Under the pieces are notes generated by a model. That model did not search any database and was not told the origin of the DNA. It saw only the letters and a list, made by a program, of their open reading frames with translations. The position numbers were made by a program, and so were the translations under genes. A stretch of 64,000 bases of DNA, taken from NCBI RefSeq assembly GCF_009914755.1, contig NC_060947.1. The stretch is one strand, 5' to 3'. Below are positions 35,100 to 52,014 of the stretch, piece after piece (the stretch's first letter is position 1; every line of letters begins with the position of its first letter). The DNA comes from the human T2T-CHM13v2.0 reference genome, Homo sapiens.

Positions 35100-36750
35100 A
35101 AGACCCTTTGCCTCCATTCACTATCTTATTTAATCCTCAGAACAACCCCTGGAGCGAACTCTATTAGCCCCTTTTTGCAGAGGAGGAAACTGAGGCTTAG
35201 AAAGACCATTTAACTTGCTTGGAGTCACACAGCTGGGAAGTACCAGAGCTATGATATGAACTCAAGTCTGTCTGATTTGAAGGCCTTTGTACTTGATCTT
35301 GTTCTGCCTCTCATATTCTTCTCATTTATGAGATGGTGACTTACAACCTGCCACACTAACTCCAGTGTTGTTTTAAGGATCAAATGAGATTAAAAATACT
35401 CCCAAAGTGCCTTGTAAAAAATGAACAAAACATTACACAAATAACATATGCACTTTGTAACTGAAAGGCATTGAGATCACTTGGATTTAATTTAGCTACA
35501 GTGATTCTGTAGGACTCTACCAGCCACAAAACCGGCTCAGCCCTAGGCTTTCTGGAGATACTCAGTAGCTTTGGTCCTAAGAATAATTTCTGATGGCTGG
35601 GCATGGTGGCTCACACCTGTAATCCCAGCACTTTGGGAGGCCGAGGTGGGCAGATTACTTGAGGTCAGGAGTTCGAGAACAGCCTGTCCAATGTGGCGAA
35701 ACCCCATCTCTACTAAAAATACAAAAATTAGCATGCCCTGGTGGTGCGCACCTGTAGTCTCAGCTACTTGGGAGGCTGAGGCAGGAGAATTACTTCAACC
35801 CGGGAGGTGGAGTTTGCAGTAAGCCGAGATGGCGCCACTGTTTTCTAGCCTGGGTGCCAGAGTGAGACTCTGTCTCAAAAAAAAAAAAAAAATTTCTGAG
35901 AATGGATCCTGATTATGATTACACTGCGATATTTGCAAATGCAATGCTTACCTGTATGAGACTCACTTGTATTGATGTTTCTGTTCATGATGGTTTTGTG
36001 CATATTTTAAGGGAGCCAGAGTACCAGGTGTGGTACTCAGAGACTGTCCTAGAATACTCAGAGAATAATCAGGGAAAGCCAACTATTCTACCTCAGGTCT
36101 TTGTTATAGGTGGGTTATTGAGGCAATGTGATAGCAACTGATGGAGGCACTTTCTCTCCCACTTCCTCTGCTAAGAGAGAAACCTGGAGTTAGACACATT
36201 GCATTCAGAGACTGTTAACATTGAAAGAGGCCTTGGACATCCTTTCATTGGACATCAGTCCCCCTTTCTCATTTCTTATTTTTGGAATATAGCTTAAATG
36301 TGTTTGTTAAAAATGCATGCACTGTCCTGTATGTGGAAAAAAGAAGGCAAATTATGTGTGGAGTGTTGTATGAGACTCTCTCAAAGAAAGCTGTGGTCCA
36401 AAATGCCATCAGGCATCCCAGTGTATGCTGCCCATTCCTGTGGGTGACACACCTGCCTGAGTATGACGTGCCTCCCTGCCCCTTGCAGGCATAGTTTCAT
36501 TTAATTCTGATAGAATCCTATGAGGTAGCTACTATCATTATCCCCATACTACAGACAAAGAACTCGAGGCCTAGAGAGGTTAACGAATCTGCCCCAGGGT
36601 CCATAGTTACTCCATGAAACTATTGGGTATATTCACCTCCCAAAAGAAAAAAATGGGCAAGAGGTTGGGGTTGAGAGTTGAGACAGACTTCTAGTTCTCA
36701 CTCTGCCACTAACTACCTGTATGACTTTGGGCAAGTCTTTCCAGCTCTAT
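35100..36750. mobile_element. MIR copies (35100-35310, 36490-36750) and an Alu (+, 35595-35892)
   Basis: GAGGAAACTGAGGCTTAGA and GAGGCCTAGAGAGGTTAA MIR cores; Alu consensus. Confidence 0.8.
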
Positions 36751-38042
36751 TTCATCATCCATTCATCAGTTACTGTGCTGGTTGTTTCCTGGCTTTACAT
36801 TCAATTCCTTTTTCTGAAATCCTTACAGTTATTTGTGATTACTTGTAACTGGAGTTAAACTTTAGTTGTCCAGAAAAATAAAAATAGAAATGCAAAGTAT
36901 CAAGGTGCTCCCAAATCAAACATACAGATGGCAGAGATCATCACAGAAATGACAATAAGGACCCTTTTTCCTGTTTGGCAAAGCTGAGTGTTGCTGCCAC
37001 CTAGCGAGTAAAAGGAAGATGGCTATCATGCAAGGTCAGGCCCTTCTGTGGAGGCCCAGGGAAAAAGACCAGAAATCATCCAGTTTACCAAATATTAATA
37101 ACTTATGAGATTTCACTAATACGTTAAAATTGCAGCATTTGCTTCAGTATATGCAAGCCAATATCTCTTCCGTTGAGAAAAATGGGATCAGGAGAAGAGC
37201 TACTCTGGGCAGTGTTAAGTAGGAGTTATTAAAGAGGAGGTCTTTAAGTAGGAGGTCTTTAAGTGTTAAGTAGGAAGTCTTTGGTTTCCTCCAAACATCT
37301 GCTTACACTGTGTCCTTTCCTACTGATCCTCTCCCTCTCCCAGCTGGAATCCTAGAACCCTAAGTCTGAGCAGGAAGGAACCATCATCAGAGAATTTCTA
37401 AGGCAGCCCGGGTCATAGCACAGAAGAAAACGGATTTGACCAAGGTCACAAAGGTAGTTAACATAGGCAAGACTGACAGAAGACTAGTCTCAGAACTCTG
37501 AAACCTGGTCTGATCAAATCCACCCAAAATGGATGAGATTAGATATTTGCAAAATCACCTTCAGTCTGGAGCAATATTAGGAGATACCATCAATGATATG
37601 AACATATATAAGGAAGCCAAGTCGTTCTGGTAGGGAGAAATGGGTGGTCTGGCTGGAAATCTGGAGAAACTGAAGCTGTTGGGAGCTTCAGGCACTAGAA
37701 GATGCTCTCTACTGGGATGAGGGAAGAAATCTCTCATCAGGACTCAGAGAGGTCAGGCTGAGTATAAAGGCCCCCCAGTCAACAGATCTCAATCTTCATC
37801 AGATACATTCCCACCCATCAGGGAGTGCCCAGGGCTCCCAGTGCACCAGATCTAATCTTACGGTTTCCTCTGCTATTAGGAAAGAATATCAGAAGTGAGA
37901 TGAGAAGCAAAGCTTATTGCAGGATAACTTGAATCTGCTAGAATGTATTTTTAAAAATCAAAATATTTTATTATTATTATTAATCATTTGCAGCAAACTC
38001 ACAGCTCCTAGTTTGGATGGCCCCCATTCTTGCAATGATTCC

Positions 38043-41636
<3,594 letters not shown>

Positions 41637-41924
41637 GTGTTATAGAAGCAGGTCCTGACAGGGCCAGTAGCTAAAAACAGTAGTGGCCACGTGTTGTGTG
41701 GTGACTAAGTCATTCCAGAGTAAAATAAAGAACCCTGGAGAAAGGCAAGTTCATGATCTCAGCCTGAAGCCTGGTCTAAAGAGAGAAGTTTATTTGATAT
41801 TATTTATATTAAAATTAGATACTTCTGGGAACAATTTCTACTGGTAAGCGAATATCCATTTTCTCCAATTTGAAGAAATTAATGACTACTTTAGATCCCT
41901 CCTAGTAGAGAGGAATTGGTAGAA

Positions 41925-41941
41925 TAAGAGGGAGAGAGAGG

Positions 41942-41982
<41 letters not shown>

Positions 41983-41999
41983 GGAGAAAGAGAGAGAGA

Positions 42000-42055
<56 letters not shown>

Positions 42056-42072
42056 AAGAGAGAGAGAGAGGG
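41925..42072. repeat. Compound microsatellite (GA)n(TG)n(GA)n
   Basis: Directly visible. Confidence 0.95.
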
Positions 42073-45000
42073 ACACCTTGGTGGCCATTTAGTGTAACTC
42101 ATTTCCTTTTGCAGGTGAACCTAGTGAGGGCAGAGGAAAGGAAAGTCTTGCCTGAGGTTACACAGTGTGGAGTCAAGACCAACACCCTGGCCTTCTGGTG
42201 CCCAGATTAATTCAGTGACTATATCATGCTGCTTTTTAGCTAATAATTTTATGTACAAATTTTCTGTGCTCCAAATTAGTCACAACCATCTGAGTTTCCC
42301 AGGATTGGTGACTCCTGGAGAATATCTCCTGATAAGGGGATACATATGGTCATAAGATTTACTGTACCTTTCATAATCAATACTGATTACTCCCCCTCAT
42401 TAATGACTTCTGCTTTCAGCAAGAGTAGGGCACCTCCCCAGTTCTGTCAGTTCCCTGACAACTATAAATGACAATCAAGGTACTCTCTTATCTCCACCTG
42501 ACTTGCATCACTCTCCAGCCTTGGGAGCTCTGGGCAGCTTACTACACAGATGTTGCTATGGTTGTGTTTGCCTGACTACCTGCCAATTTGGTTAATATAG
42601 GCAAATAAACCTACGCTCTCTGCCTTTTGCTCTGAGAGGGATTTGTCTGGAGTTAATTGAAATCAAGAGCATTGAATAGTCTGAATAAACATATATTGTA
42701 TACAAGGGGCAATTAAATCAACCTGAAAAGTAATCTAAAGTGATGGTTAATATATATTAATATAAGCAAGAGTCTGTGGTGTTATCACATGTCTGAAGTG
42801 CTCATTGGAAGGCCATTTTTTGGACTCTAAAATGACCCATGTTTGTAAAATCAATGGGATTGCCATCTGGTTGATTTCATTCCGGTTAGTTTGGCCAAAT
42901 ACCATTAACCAGAAAACAATCCATCTGACTGGGGTCATTTCTAATTGCTCTGACAGAATTGATTCATTGAGGACTTTTTCAGCCATAGAAATAGAGTTGT
43001 TTTTGTATGGTTTTGGTATTTAGGAATTTGGAAGACTTTTTCCTCTATAAAGGGTTCAAAATTTCAATTTTCTAAAAAAAAGAAAAAAGAAAAAAACCCA
43101 CAAATCTGCCTAAAGGCAGAAGGTTTATAATATAATATGTCACATATTACTTGTATAATGAAACCACTAGACACTTTGAAAATTATCTTCTCCTTCTCAA
43201 GTCCTGCATCATCTTGGGGGTGACTTTGATATCTACATCCCTTTCCACCTAGAACATCCTGTGACTCCCAGCACTTACAGGGGCCTATTCAAATGAGGGA
43301 CCCTGAAATCTACCTGAAATGGAGCAGGTGCTCTTTTTTTTGGCCTAGCACAGTACCTGATGGGACGCATTGCTGGGGTGAATGAAACAGTTAAAGAGAG
43401 TAAAAAAGTCCTACCCTTCCCAAATTTTCTATAGGCACAGTGCCAACTTCTAAATAATCAATGTGAACATAAGTGTCTGAGCATGCTTATGTGACTGGAA
43501 GAATGGGAAATGAAGCAAACAGCATGCTTAGACTGGCTGAGACTGTGAAGTCCAGGGTATTAGAATGAGTGTTTAAGGCTAGCCACACTTTCGTGGCTAC
43601 CATGACCCCTCTGAACCTTGCAGAGGGTGGGCAGGAGGCTGCACATAACTGCAAATAGAAGAGAAAAGGAGGAGGGAATCAGAAAATAGTCAGTAAATAG
43701 CATTAGAATGAACTAGAAACAATTGTAATAACTGCCACTCACTAAGTTTCAGCCCATGTGCTCAGTACTTTCCCATATGTTATCTGATTTCCTCCCCGTA
43801 ATATGTCTGTGAGAGAGACGTTGTCTCCATTTTATGCTGTGGAAACCAGGGCTCAAGTTGGTACAGAACTTGACAATATTCCCACAGTAGTACAAGGCAC
43901 TCAAACCCTGCTTTCTCTGTGTTCAGAGTGATAACTCCCTTTTAACCACTACACTATTAGCTGGAAGAAGAGTCTAGAAACATACACAGCCACCTGTGAA
44001 GGATCAGGGCCAAAGTAGCTTCCAGGATGCACTTTGGTCTGTTCCTAGGGAACTGGAGAGAAGATTTGTTTACCTATTGGGCAGGAGACCTGTGGGAGCA
44101 GGATTAGCTTGGGCTATGACTAGGGCTAGACACACAGGGTGGGACCAGGCCAATAATGAACACAAACAGCTAGCACCGAGGAGAGCTCCAGGCTTGCTTC
44201 TCCTCAATGGGGCAAAGCTGAACTTTGCAAAGCTGCTGGCTTTCTCATCTGCCGAAGGAGCCTCCCCAAGTCAAGTAGTCTATTCCGCAGCGTGGCTGGG
44301 TGTTATGTGCTGCTGCTCCTGCTAGAACCTCAGAAGTGTGAGCAGTGCGTCAAGATGAGGGACCAGGCTTCTAAGCTATAGCCCAGCTAAGCCCCCCAGT
44401 GCCAATCCCGCCCTCAATTCTTGAGCAGTGGAAACAGCAGTGGCAGTTATGAAAACAAGCAGCCTTTCTTGCTCATCTTGACATTGAGTTACAGAGCACA
44501 TCATTATTTTAGACAGAATCAGTTAACATCTGTCTTTCCTGGCCCTTATTTAACCTGTTCTAGTTATGAAGCCTCTCCATGTTTCCCCCTCTGTAACTAC
44601 TGTAAACGATGCAAAAGAGGAATGAGAGATAGAGACAGAGAGAAAGAGGGAAGGAGAATTAATTTACCACTGGGTAAAATGAAAATGTACTGAAGTGTAA
44701 TGGAATTTCATTAACTTCGGAAACGATGATGAATGCTGTCCAAATAATTCTTACTAATGCATAATTCACAGCTGAAAATAGAGCCAAATTCTCCTAAAAA
44801 GCACATCCATTTATGCCCCAAATTAATTTGGTATGTTATTCAGGATGGTTGACAGGATAAAAGATCTACTATGAAATGTAATCATCTATTAAGATAGGGA
44901 ATCTATGAGTCTTTCTGGTTTAGTAGATGATGGTAGCTGATAACAAGTGGCATCTTGAGAGGCAGACACCCACAGTCCTCATCCTCATAATTTGAATCTC

Positions 45001-45469
45001 CCCAAAGACATCATTTCAGACATAACCACAGAGAAGTTTGGATGATCTTTGAGATCTCCATAGCAACCATGGCCCAATTCATATATATATCCCAAAAGCA
45101 AATTAAAATCTGTTTCAAAAGATTCAACTGGGGTCAGGAAAAGGCCCATACTTTTGCTGACTGACAATATCATTATTAATTAATTGATCAATATTATATA
45201 TGTATGTAGTATATAAATAATATAGACCAGATATTATATACATTTACATATAATCAGATTGAGAGATTTTAAAATATCTTTCCCACTTTGTGTAAAATAG
45301 TCTATCCTATTCCACAAACTCTCAGTGACATTCATCACTTAATGTCTCAAGACTATGAGCTTTTAAATAATCTCTTCATAAAAACCCATATATGCTTTTT
45401 GTATACTCTGGAGAGTGGTAATGGGAGAGAGACCTTTTTACCTTTAGATCTGACACAGACCCCACCTGT

Positions 45470-48400
45470 GGTTGGCAGAGAGAGAAGACTACTATTAAGT
45501 GGGAGGCTAGCCATTGGCCCAGCTTCCACCAATGAGAATCTGTAGATTGAGAGGTCAGTCAACACCATACAAGCACCATGGCTCTTCCCACCCATGGGCC
45601 CATTCAGCCATTAGAGAGGACTTTGGTCAGACATGTGAATAGTGTAGTCAGGGGTGACTTCTGCAACCCACTGAACTCCTTCCCTAGGGCAGGATGCATT
45701 GGGTTAAAGTGGAAGTGGTATGAGGAAGCACAGATGTTCCAGGGTGACCCTTATTGCTTCTAATGCCCTTAATCTATGACATGAGGTACTTTGATGAAAT
45801 TCGAGCATGCTGGCTGCTGACATAGAGGTTCTGATTAAGTAGGAGGGCAGCCATTAACCAGGTTTCACCAGTGGGAAACTTTAGTAGCGAGGACATCAAT
45901 GCCTTGCAATGGAGGCATCATGGCTCCTTCCTCCCAAAGGTTCCTTTAGCCACTCAGAGAGCACTTTCTGCAGACATGTGAATAGTAATGTTAGGAATTA
46001 GTTCTGCAACCCTCTGATCTCCTTCCCCTGGGTAGAGGGCAGGGTATGGATGTGGAGGTGTCATGTGGGGAGCTTTACTTTCTAGGAACAACCCTGTTCC
46101 TCTTAATGGCTCTACTGTAATGATTTGGGGTCCTGGGGTGTGAACAAGTACACAGATTGCTGACACAGAATCTGTGATTAAGTAGGAGGGCTGCCATTGG
46201 TCATCTTCTACCAATAGGAAACCTTAGAGGAGCCATCTATGCCTCACAATAGAGGCATAGATGGCTCCTCCCTCTCATGAATCCCTTCAACTGATTAGAG
46301 AGAATCTTGCACTGAAATGTGAATAGTAATATATAGGTAATGTATTAATAATAGTATTGGTAATAGAAGTGATGGCCTCGGCAACCCTCTAAAGTCCTTC
46401 CCTTAGGGAGGGTACTATGTGTGGAAGTGCCGATATAATAGGGGGAGCACTAACTTCTGGGCTACCCCTGATACTTTTGAAAGGTCCAACCGTATGATTT
46501 GGGGTTCTAGGAGTCAAACGCATTGGCTAGTCATACAGTGGCTTTGATTAAATAGGAGTGCAGCCACTGGACAGCTTCCATTAATGGGCAACCTTAGTAG
46601 AGAGGACGTCAGGACCTCATGATGGAGGCATCGTGGCTCCTTCCTCCGAAGGGGCCCTTCAACTACTCAGAGAACAGGTTCTGCAGATGTGTAAATAGTA
46701 ATGTCAGGGATGAGTTTTGCAACCCCCTGACCTCCTTCCCCTAGGAAGCGTGCAGTGTATGGATGTGGAGAAGTCATGGGAGGGAGAGAACACTAATTTC
46801 TAGGGCCACCCATGTTTCTTTTAATGGTTCAACCCTTTATTTCGGAATCTGAGGTGTTAAGCACCTTGTGCTGTTACAGAGGATGTCATTAAGAAGGACG
46901 GCAGCCATTGGCCCACCTTCCACCAATGGGAAGCTTTAGCTAGAGAGGATATTATGGCTCACAATGGAGACATTATGGTTTTTCCCTCCCTTGGGTCCCC
47001 TCAGCCTCTGAGAGAAACTTGTGCTGAAATGTCCTTAGGAGAAGAACTTGAGAGGGCTCTAGAAGTCATCACTTCTATTACTAGTAGTATTACTAATACA
47101 TTATTATTTACATTTCAGCAGAAGTTTCTCTCAGAGGCTGAGGGGACCCAAGGAAGGGAGGAGCCATTATGTCTCTATTGTGAGGTGTAATGTCCCCTCT
47201 AGCTAAAGCTTCCCATTGGTGGAAGGTGGGCCAATGGCTGCCCTCCTTCTTAATGACATCCTCTGTACCAGTAGCCAGAGTGCTTCTTTAACACCCCAGA
47301 ACCCCAAATCATAGTGTCAGGTCATTAAAAACAATAGGGTTGGCCCTATAAAGTAGTGCTCCCCCCATGACACCTCTACATTCATACACTGCACTCTACC
47401 CAGGAGGAGGAGATCAGAGGGTTGCAGAACTCATCCTTGGCATTATTACTAGAATATCTGCACAAGGTGATCTCTGAGTGGCTGAAGGGAGCCTGGAGGG
47501 AGGAACCATGATGTCTCCATTATGAGGTATTGATGTCCTCTCTACTAAGATTTCCCATTGGTGAAAGCTGGCCAATTGTTGCTTTCCTACTTTACCAAGG
47601 CCACCGTATGAGCAGACAATGTGCATGACTTCTTCCTCCCAGAACTCCAAATCATAGGGTTGGACCATTCAAGGGTGTGGGGTGGCCCCAGAAAGTAGTA
47701 CTCTCCATATGATATCTGCATGGCAAAACACTGCAAAGTCCTTCCTAGGGGAAGGACTTGAGAGTGTTGCAGAGTTTATCATTTCTATTACTAACACTAT
47801 CACTACTACAGCACCAATATATTACTATTTAAATATCATCACAAAGTACTTTTTGAGTGGCTGAAGACACCCTTGGGAGGGAGGAGCCATGATGCCTCTA
47901 TTGTGACGCATTGATGATCTCTCTACTAAGGATTCCCATTGGTGGGAGCTGGCCAATGGCAGCCCTCCTACTTAATCACAGCTTCTGTGTCAGCGGCCAA
48001 TGTGCTTGTGTTACCACCCTAGGACCCCAAATCAGGATAGAGCCATTAAGAGGAATAGAGGTGACCCTAGAATGCAATCCTTTCACTATGACACCTCCAC
48101 ATTCATACCCTGCACTCTAACCTAGGGGAAGGAGATTAGAGGGTTGCAGAACTCATTCCTAACATGACAATTCACACATCTGCACAAGGTGCTCTCTGAG
48201 TAGCTAGAGGCACTCTTAGGAGGGAAGAACTATGCTGCCTCCATTGTGAGGCATTGGTATCTTCTCTACTAAGGTTTCCCCATTAGTGAGAGCTGTCCAG
48301 TGTCTGCACTTCCACTTAACCAAGGCATCTGTGTCAGCAGCCAGTGTGCTCAATTCCCACCCCAGAACCCCAAGTCTCAGGGTCAGGTCGCTAAAAAGTA

Positions 48401-49390
48401 TTGAGATGGCCTTAAAATATGGTGCTCCCCATATAATATCTTAATAAAGGGGACATCAATGCCTCACAATGGAGGCATTGTGGCTCCTCCCTCTGGTGGG
48501 TCCCCTTAGCCTTTCATTGATAATATTGTGCTGAAATGTGAATAGTATTGTGTTAGTAATAGAAGTGATCACTTTTGCAACTCTCTCAAGTACTTTTCTC
48601 AGGTGGGTGCAGTGGGTGGAGGTGCAGATGTCATATAAGGCCACTCCTCTACCTTTACTGGTCTTGCCCTATGACCTAGAGTTCTGTGGTGAAAATCAAG
48701 CACATTGGCTAGTCAGAAAAAAACCTTGGTTAAGCAGGAGGATGGCTATTGGCCAGCTTCCACTAATGGGAAACCTCAGTAAAGAGGACATCAATGCCTC
48801 ACAGTGGGGGCATCATGGCTCACAGACGATCCCTTCAGTCACACAGAGAGCACATTGTGCAGACAAGTAATTAGTAATGTCAGGGATGACTTCTGAAACC
48901 CTCTGATGTCCTTTTCCTGGGTACAATGCTGTGTGTATAGGTCAAGGTGTCACGGAGAGAGAATTACTTTTAGGGCTATCTCGTTAAAAAATAAAATAAA
49001 AAAAGACTTGACCCTATCGTATGAGGTGCTGGGTGATAAGCCAGCACATTGACTGCTGTTACAGAGGATGTCATTAAGAAGGAAGTCAGCCATTGGGCCA
49101 CCTTCCACCAATGAGAAACCTTAATTAGATGCCCCACAGTGGAGGCACCATGTCTTCTCCCTCCTATAGGTCCCTTCAGCCAGTTAGAGAGCTGAAATGT
49201 GAATAGCAATGTAGTAGTAATATAAGTAATGACTTCTTCAACCATCTCAGGACCTTCCTGCAGGGCATGGTGCAGTGTGTGGAGACAGAGATGTCATTGG
49301 GGGAGTAATAGCTTCTAGGGCCACATGGGTCTCTTCAGCCAGTTAGAGAGAATCTTGTGATAACATGTGAGTAGTAATGTCAGGAAATGT
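45470..49390. repeat. Diverged array of ~340-380 bp units (about 12-13 full or partial copies), with the block 47033-~48440 in inverted orientation
   Basis: Anchor TTAAGTAGGAGGGCAGCCATTGG-like at 45495, 45835, 46178, 46548, 46889 (+); reverse complement near 47250, 47590, 47972, 48316; + again at 48730, 49074. Confidence 0.9.
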
Positions 49391-49981
49391 GTGCCTCTCT
49401 CTGAACAGCTTCCTTTAGGGCAGAAGTACCCCTACAGAAGGCTGTTTTCACCATGAGTTCACTAAAGTCTCTCTTGATCCCATTTTCTCTCTCTCATTCC
49501 CAACTGTCCCAACCTACTCTTGTGGTGTCACAGACTCCTCACATCACATTAACCTGGTAACTTTTGTTAAACACTCATCCTTGCCCCTCTTCCCAGACCT
49601 AGACATTCATGAGTATTCACCTTGAGACACATCATTTACCCTATTATCCTGCATATTTTTCTAAGGCATATCTCTGATTGAGTTTTCCATTCTTCAGAAC
49701 TTTTGAGAAGTGCTGAGTGATTGCAAAGGAGCCCAGCCTAGCTCCTTAGCAGGCATTCAGGACCTTGTAAGATTTGTCACTTGTTCCCCTCCAGTCTCAT
49801 TTACCTACCATGGCTCCTTCCCATCATTTCGGCTCCAGGCACTTTACTCAGGCCTCAGTGGAGGAACTACAGTTCTCCCTCTACCGGAGGTGTTGATTCC
49901 TTCATCTCCACCAAGACAAATGCCACTTACCTTTCAAATTTGGGTCCATTATCATTTTTGAAGCCTTTTTTCACCCCCTAG

Positions 49982-50739
<758 letters not shown>

Positions 50740-51894
50740 CTAGTTTAAATGATCCCCTAGTTTAAATGATCCCTTTTGCTGCTAATCTGAATTGAGACCC
50801 TGAGGCAAAGCTGGATCTTTGTCTTACTGCTGGACTAGGTTACTTGCTTAGTAACTTTATCTTTTGCCTTTTTTCTTTTTTTTTTACTTTATTTAAAATT
50901 TGTCTGGATTGGATGAATCCTTGGAAGCCATCTCCAATTCTCGTTGGAGGAAAAACAATCAATAGTAAAGAAATCATCTTTCTTGGAGAGTTCTACCCCT
51001 AAGCCCTAGCTTGGTGACTCTACCCTGCTGCTTTTCCTACGTGCCCCATTGACTGCATCTCCCATCACCTTGTTCTCTTCCTGCTGCTTCTTATGGGCCT
51101 TGATTGACATGAGATGTAGCTGCTTGCCTGGTCAGTGGGTGGTAATCTTCTGGAATGAGCCTCACTACAAATGTGGGATTCTGATGTTTTCATCAGACTC
51201 TTCTTCAGTACCTGAGCTGTCCCAGGGAGTGAGTTTGCATTTATTCCATGGTCCCGTCTTCACTGCAATATTGTGTCCTACTTGACCTACTATGACCTGG
51301 TCTGAACTATGACATTAAGTGGAGCACAGCTAGGTTGTATATGAATATATTTCAGTCATTGAATACTTTACAAAGTAGAAGAAGCATGTTCATGTATAAG
51401 CACAAAAACTGATACAATAATTGTTCACCACAAAATTTTTCCAGGATTTTAGATTCACAAGCTCACTTACCCTTTTGTTCATAAAAAGTCTGAACAGGCA
51501 CTAGGGAATACTGCCTCTGTTTCATAGAATCATTAGAGGCCTATTGTTTATTTTGGTCTTTCATTAGGCCCAGTGGCCAACACATATCACTCTTATTTAA
51601 GAGGTGTAACAGCAATAGAAAAATGTGTGAAGACTTCAGTTAGTTTAATTTCTGACTAAAGTTGATGTTTCTCCATGCTGTGAAAACTCTTGTATTTTTT
51701 TTAAAAACACTCACTACTTTTATTTTTTATTTCTTTTTTAGAGGCAGAGTCTTTCTCTGTCACCCAGGCTGGAGTGCAGTGGTGCATAGCTCACTGCAAC
51801 CTCAAACTCCTGGGCACAAGCGATCCTCCTGCCTCAGCCTCCAGAGTAGCTAGGACTCTAGGCACATGCCACCATTCATGGCTATTATTTTTAG

Positions 51895-52014
<120 letters not shown>

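Noticed and set aside
45404-45422. TACTCTGGAGAGTGGTAAT resembling miR-514/510-family 5p arms, and CTCTGAGTAG in array units
   Set aside because: No complementary 3' arm nearby, so no pre-miRNA hairpin; short similarity is probably chance
45470-49390. Array read as CRISPR-like or as SAGE1-type exon repeats
   Set aside because: Whole units are homologous, with no unique spacers; no conserved ORF or splice pair; no similarity to SAGE1 repeats as recalled
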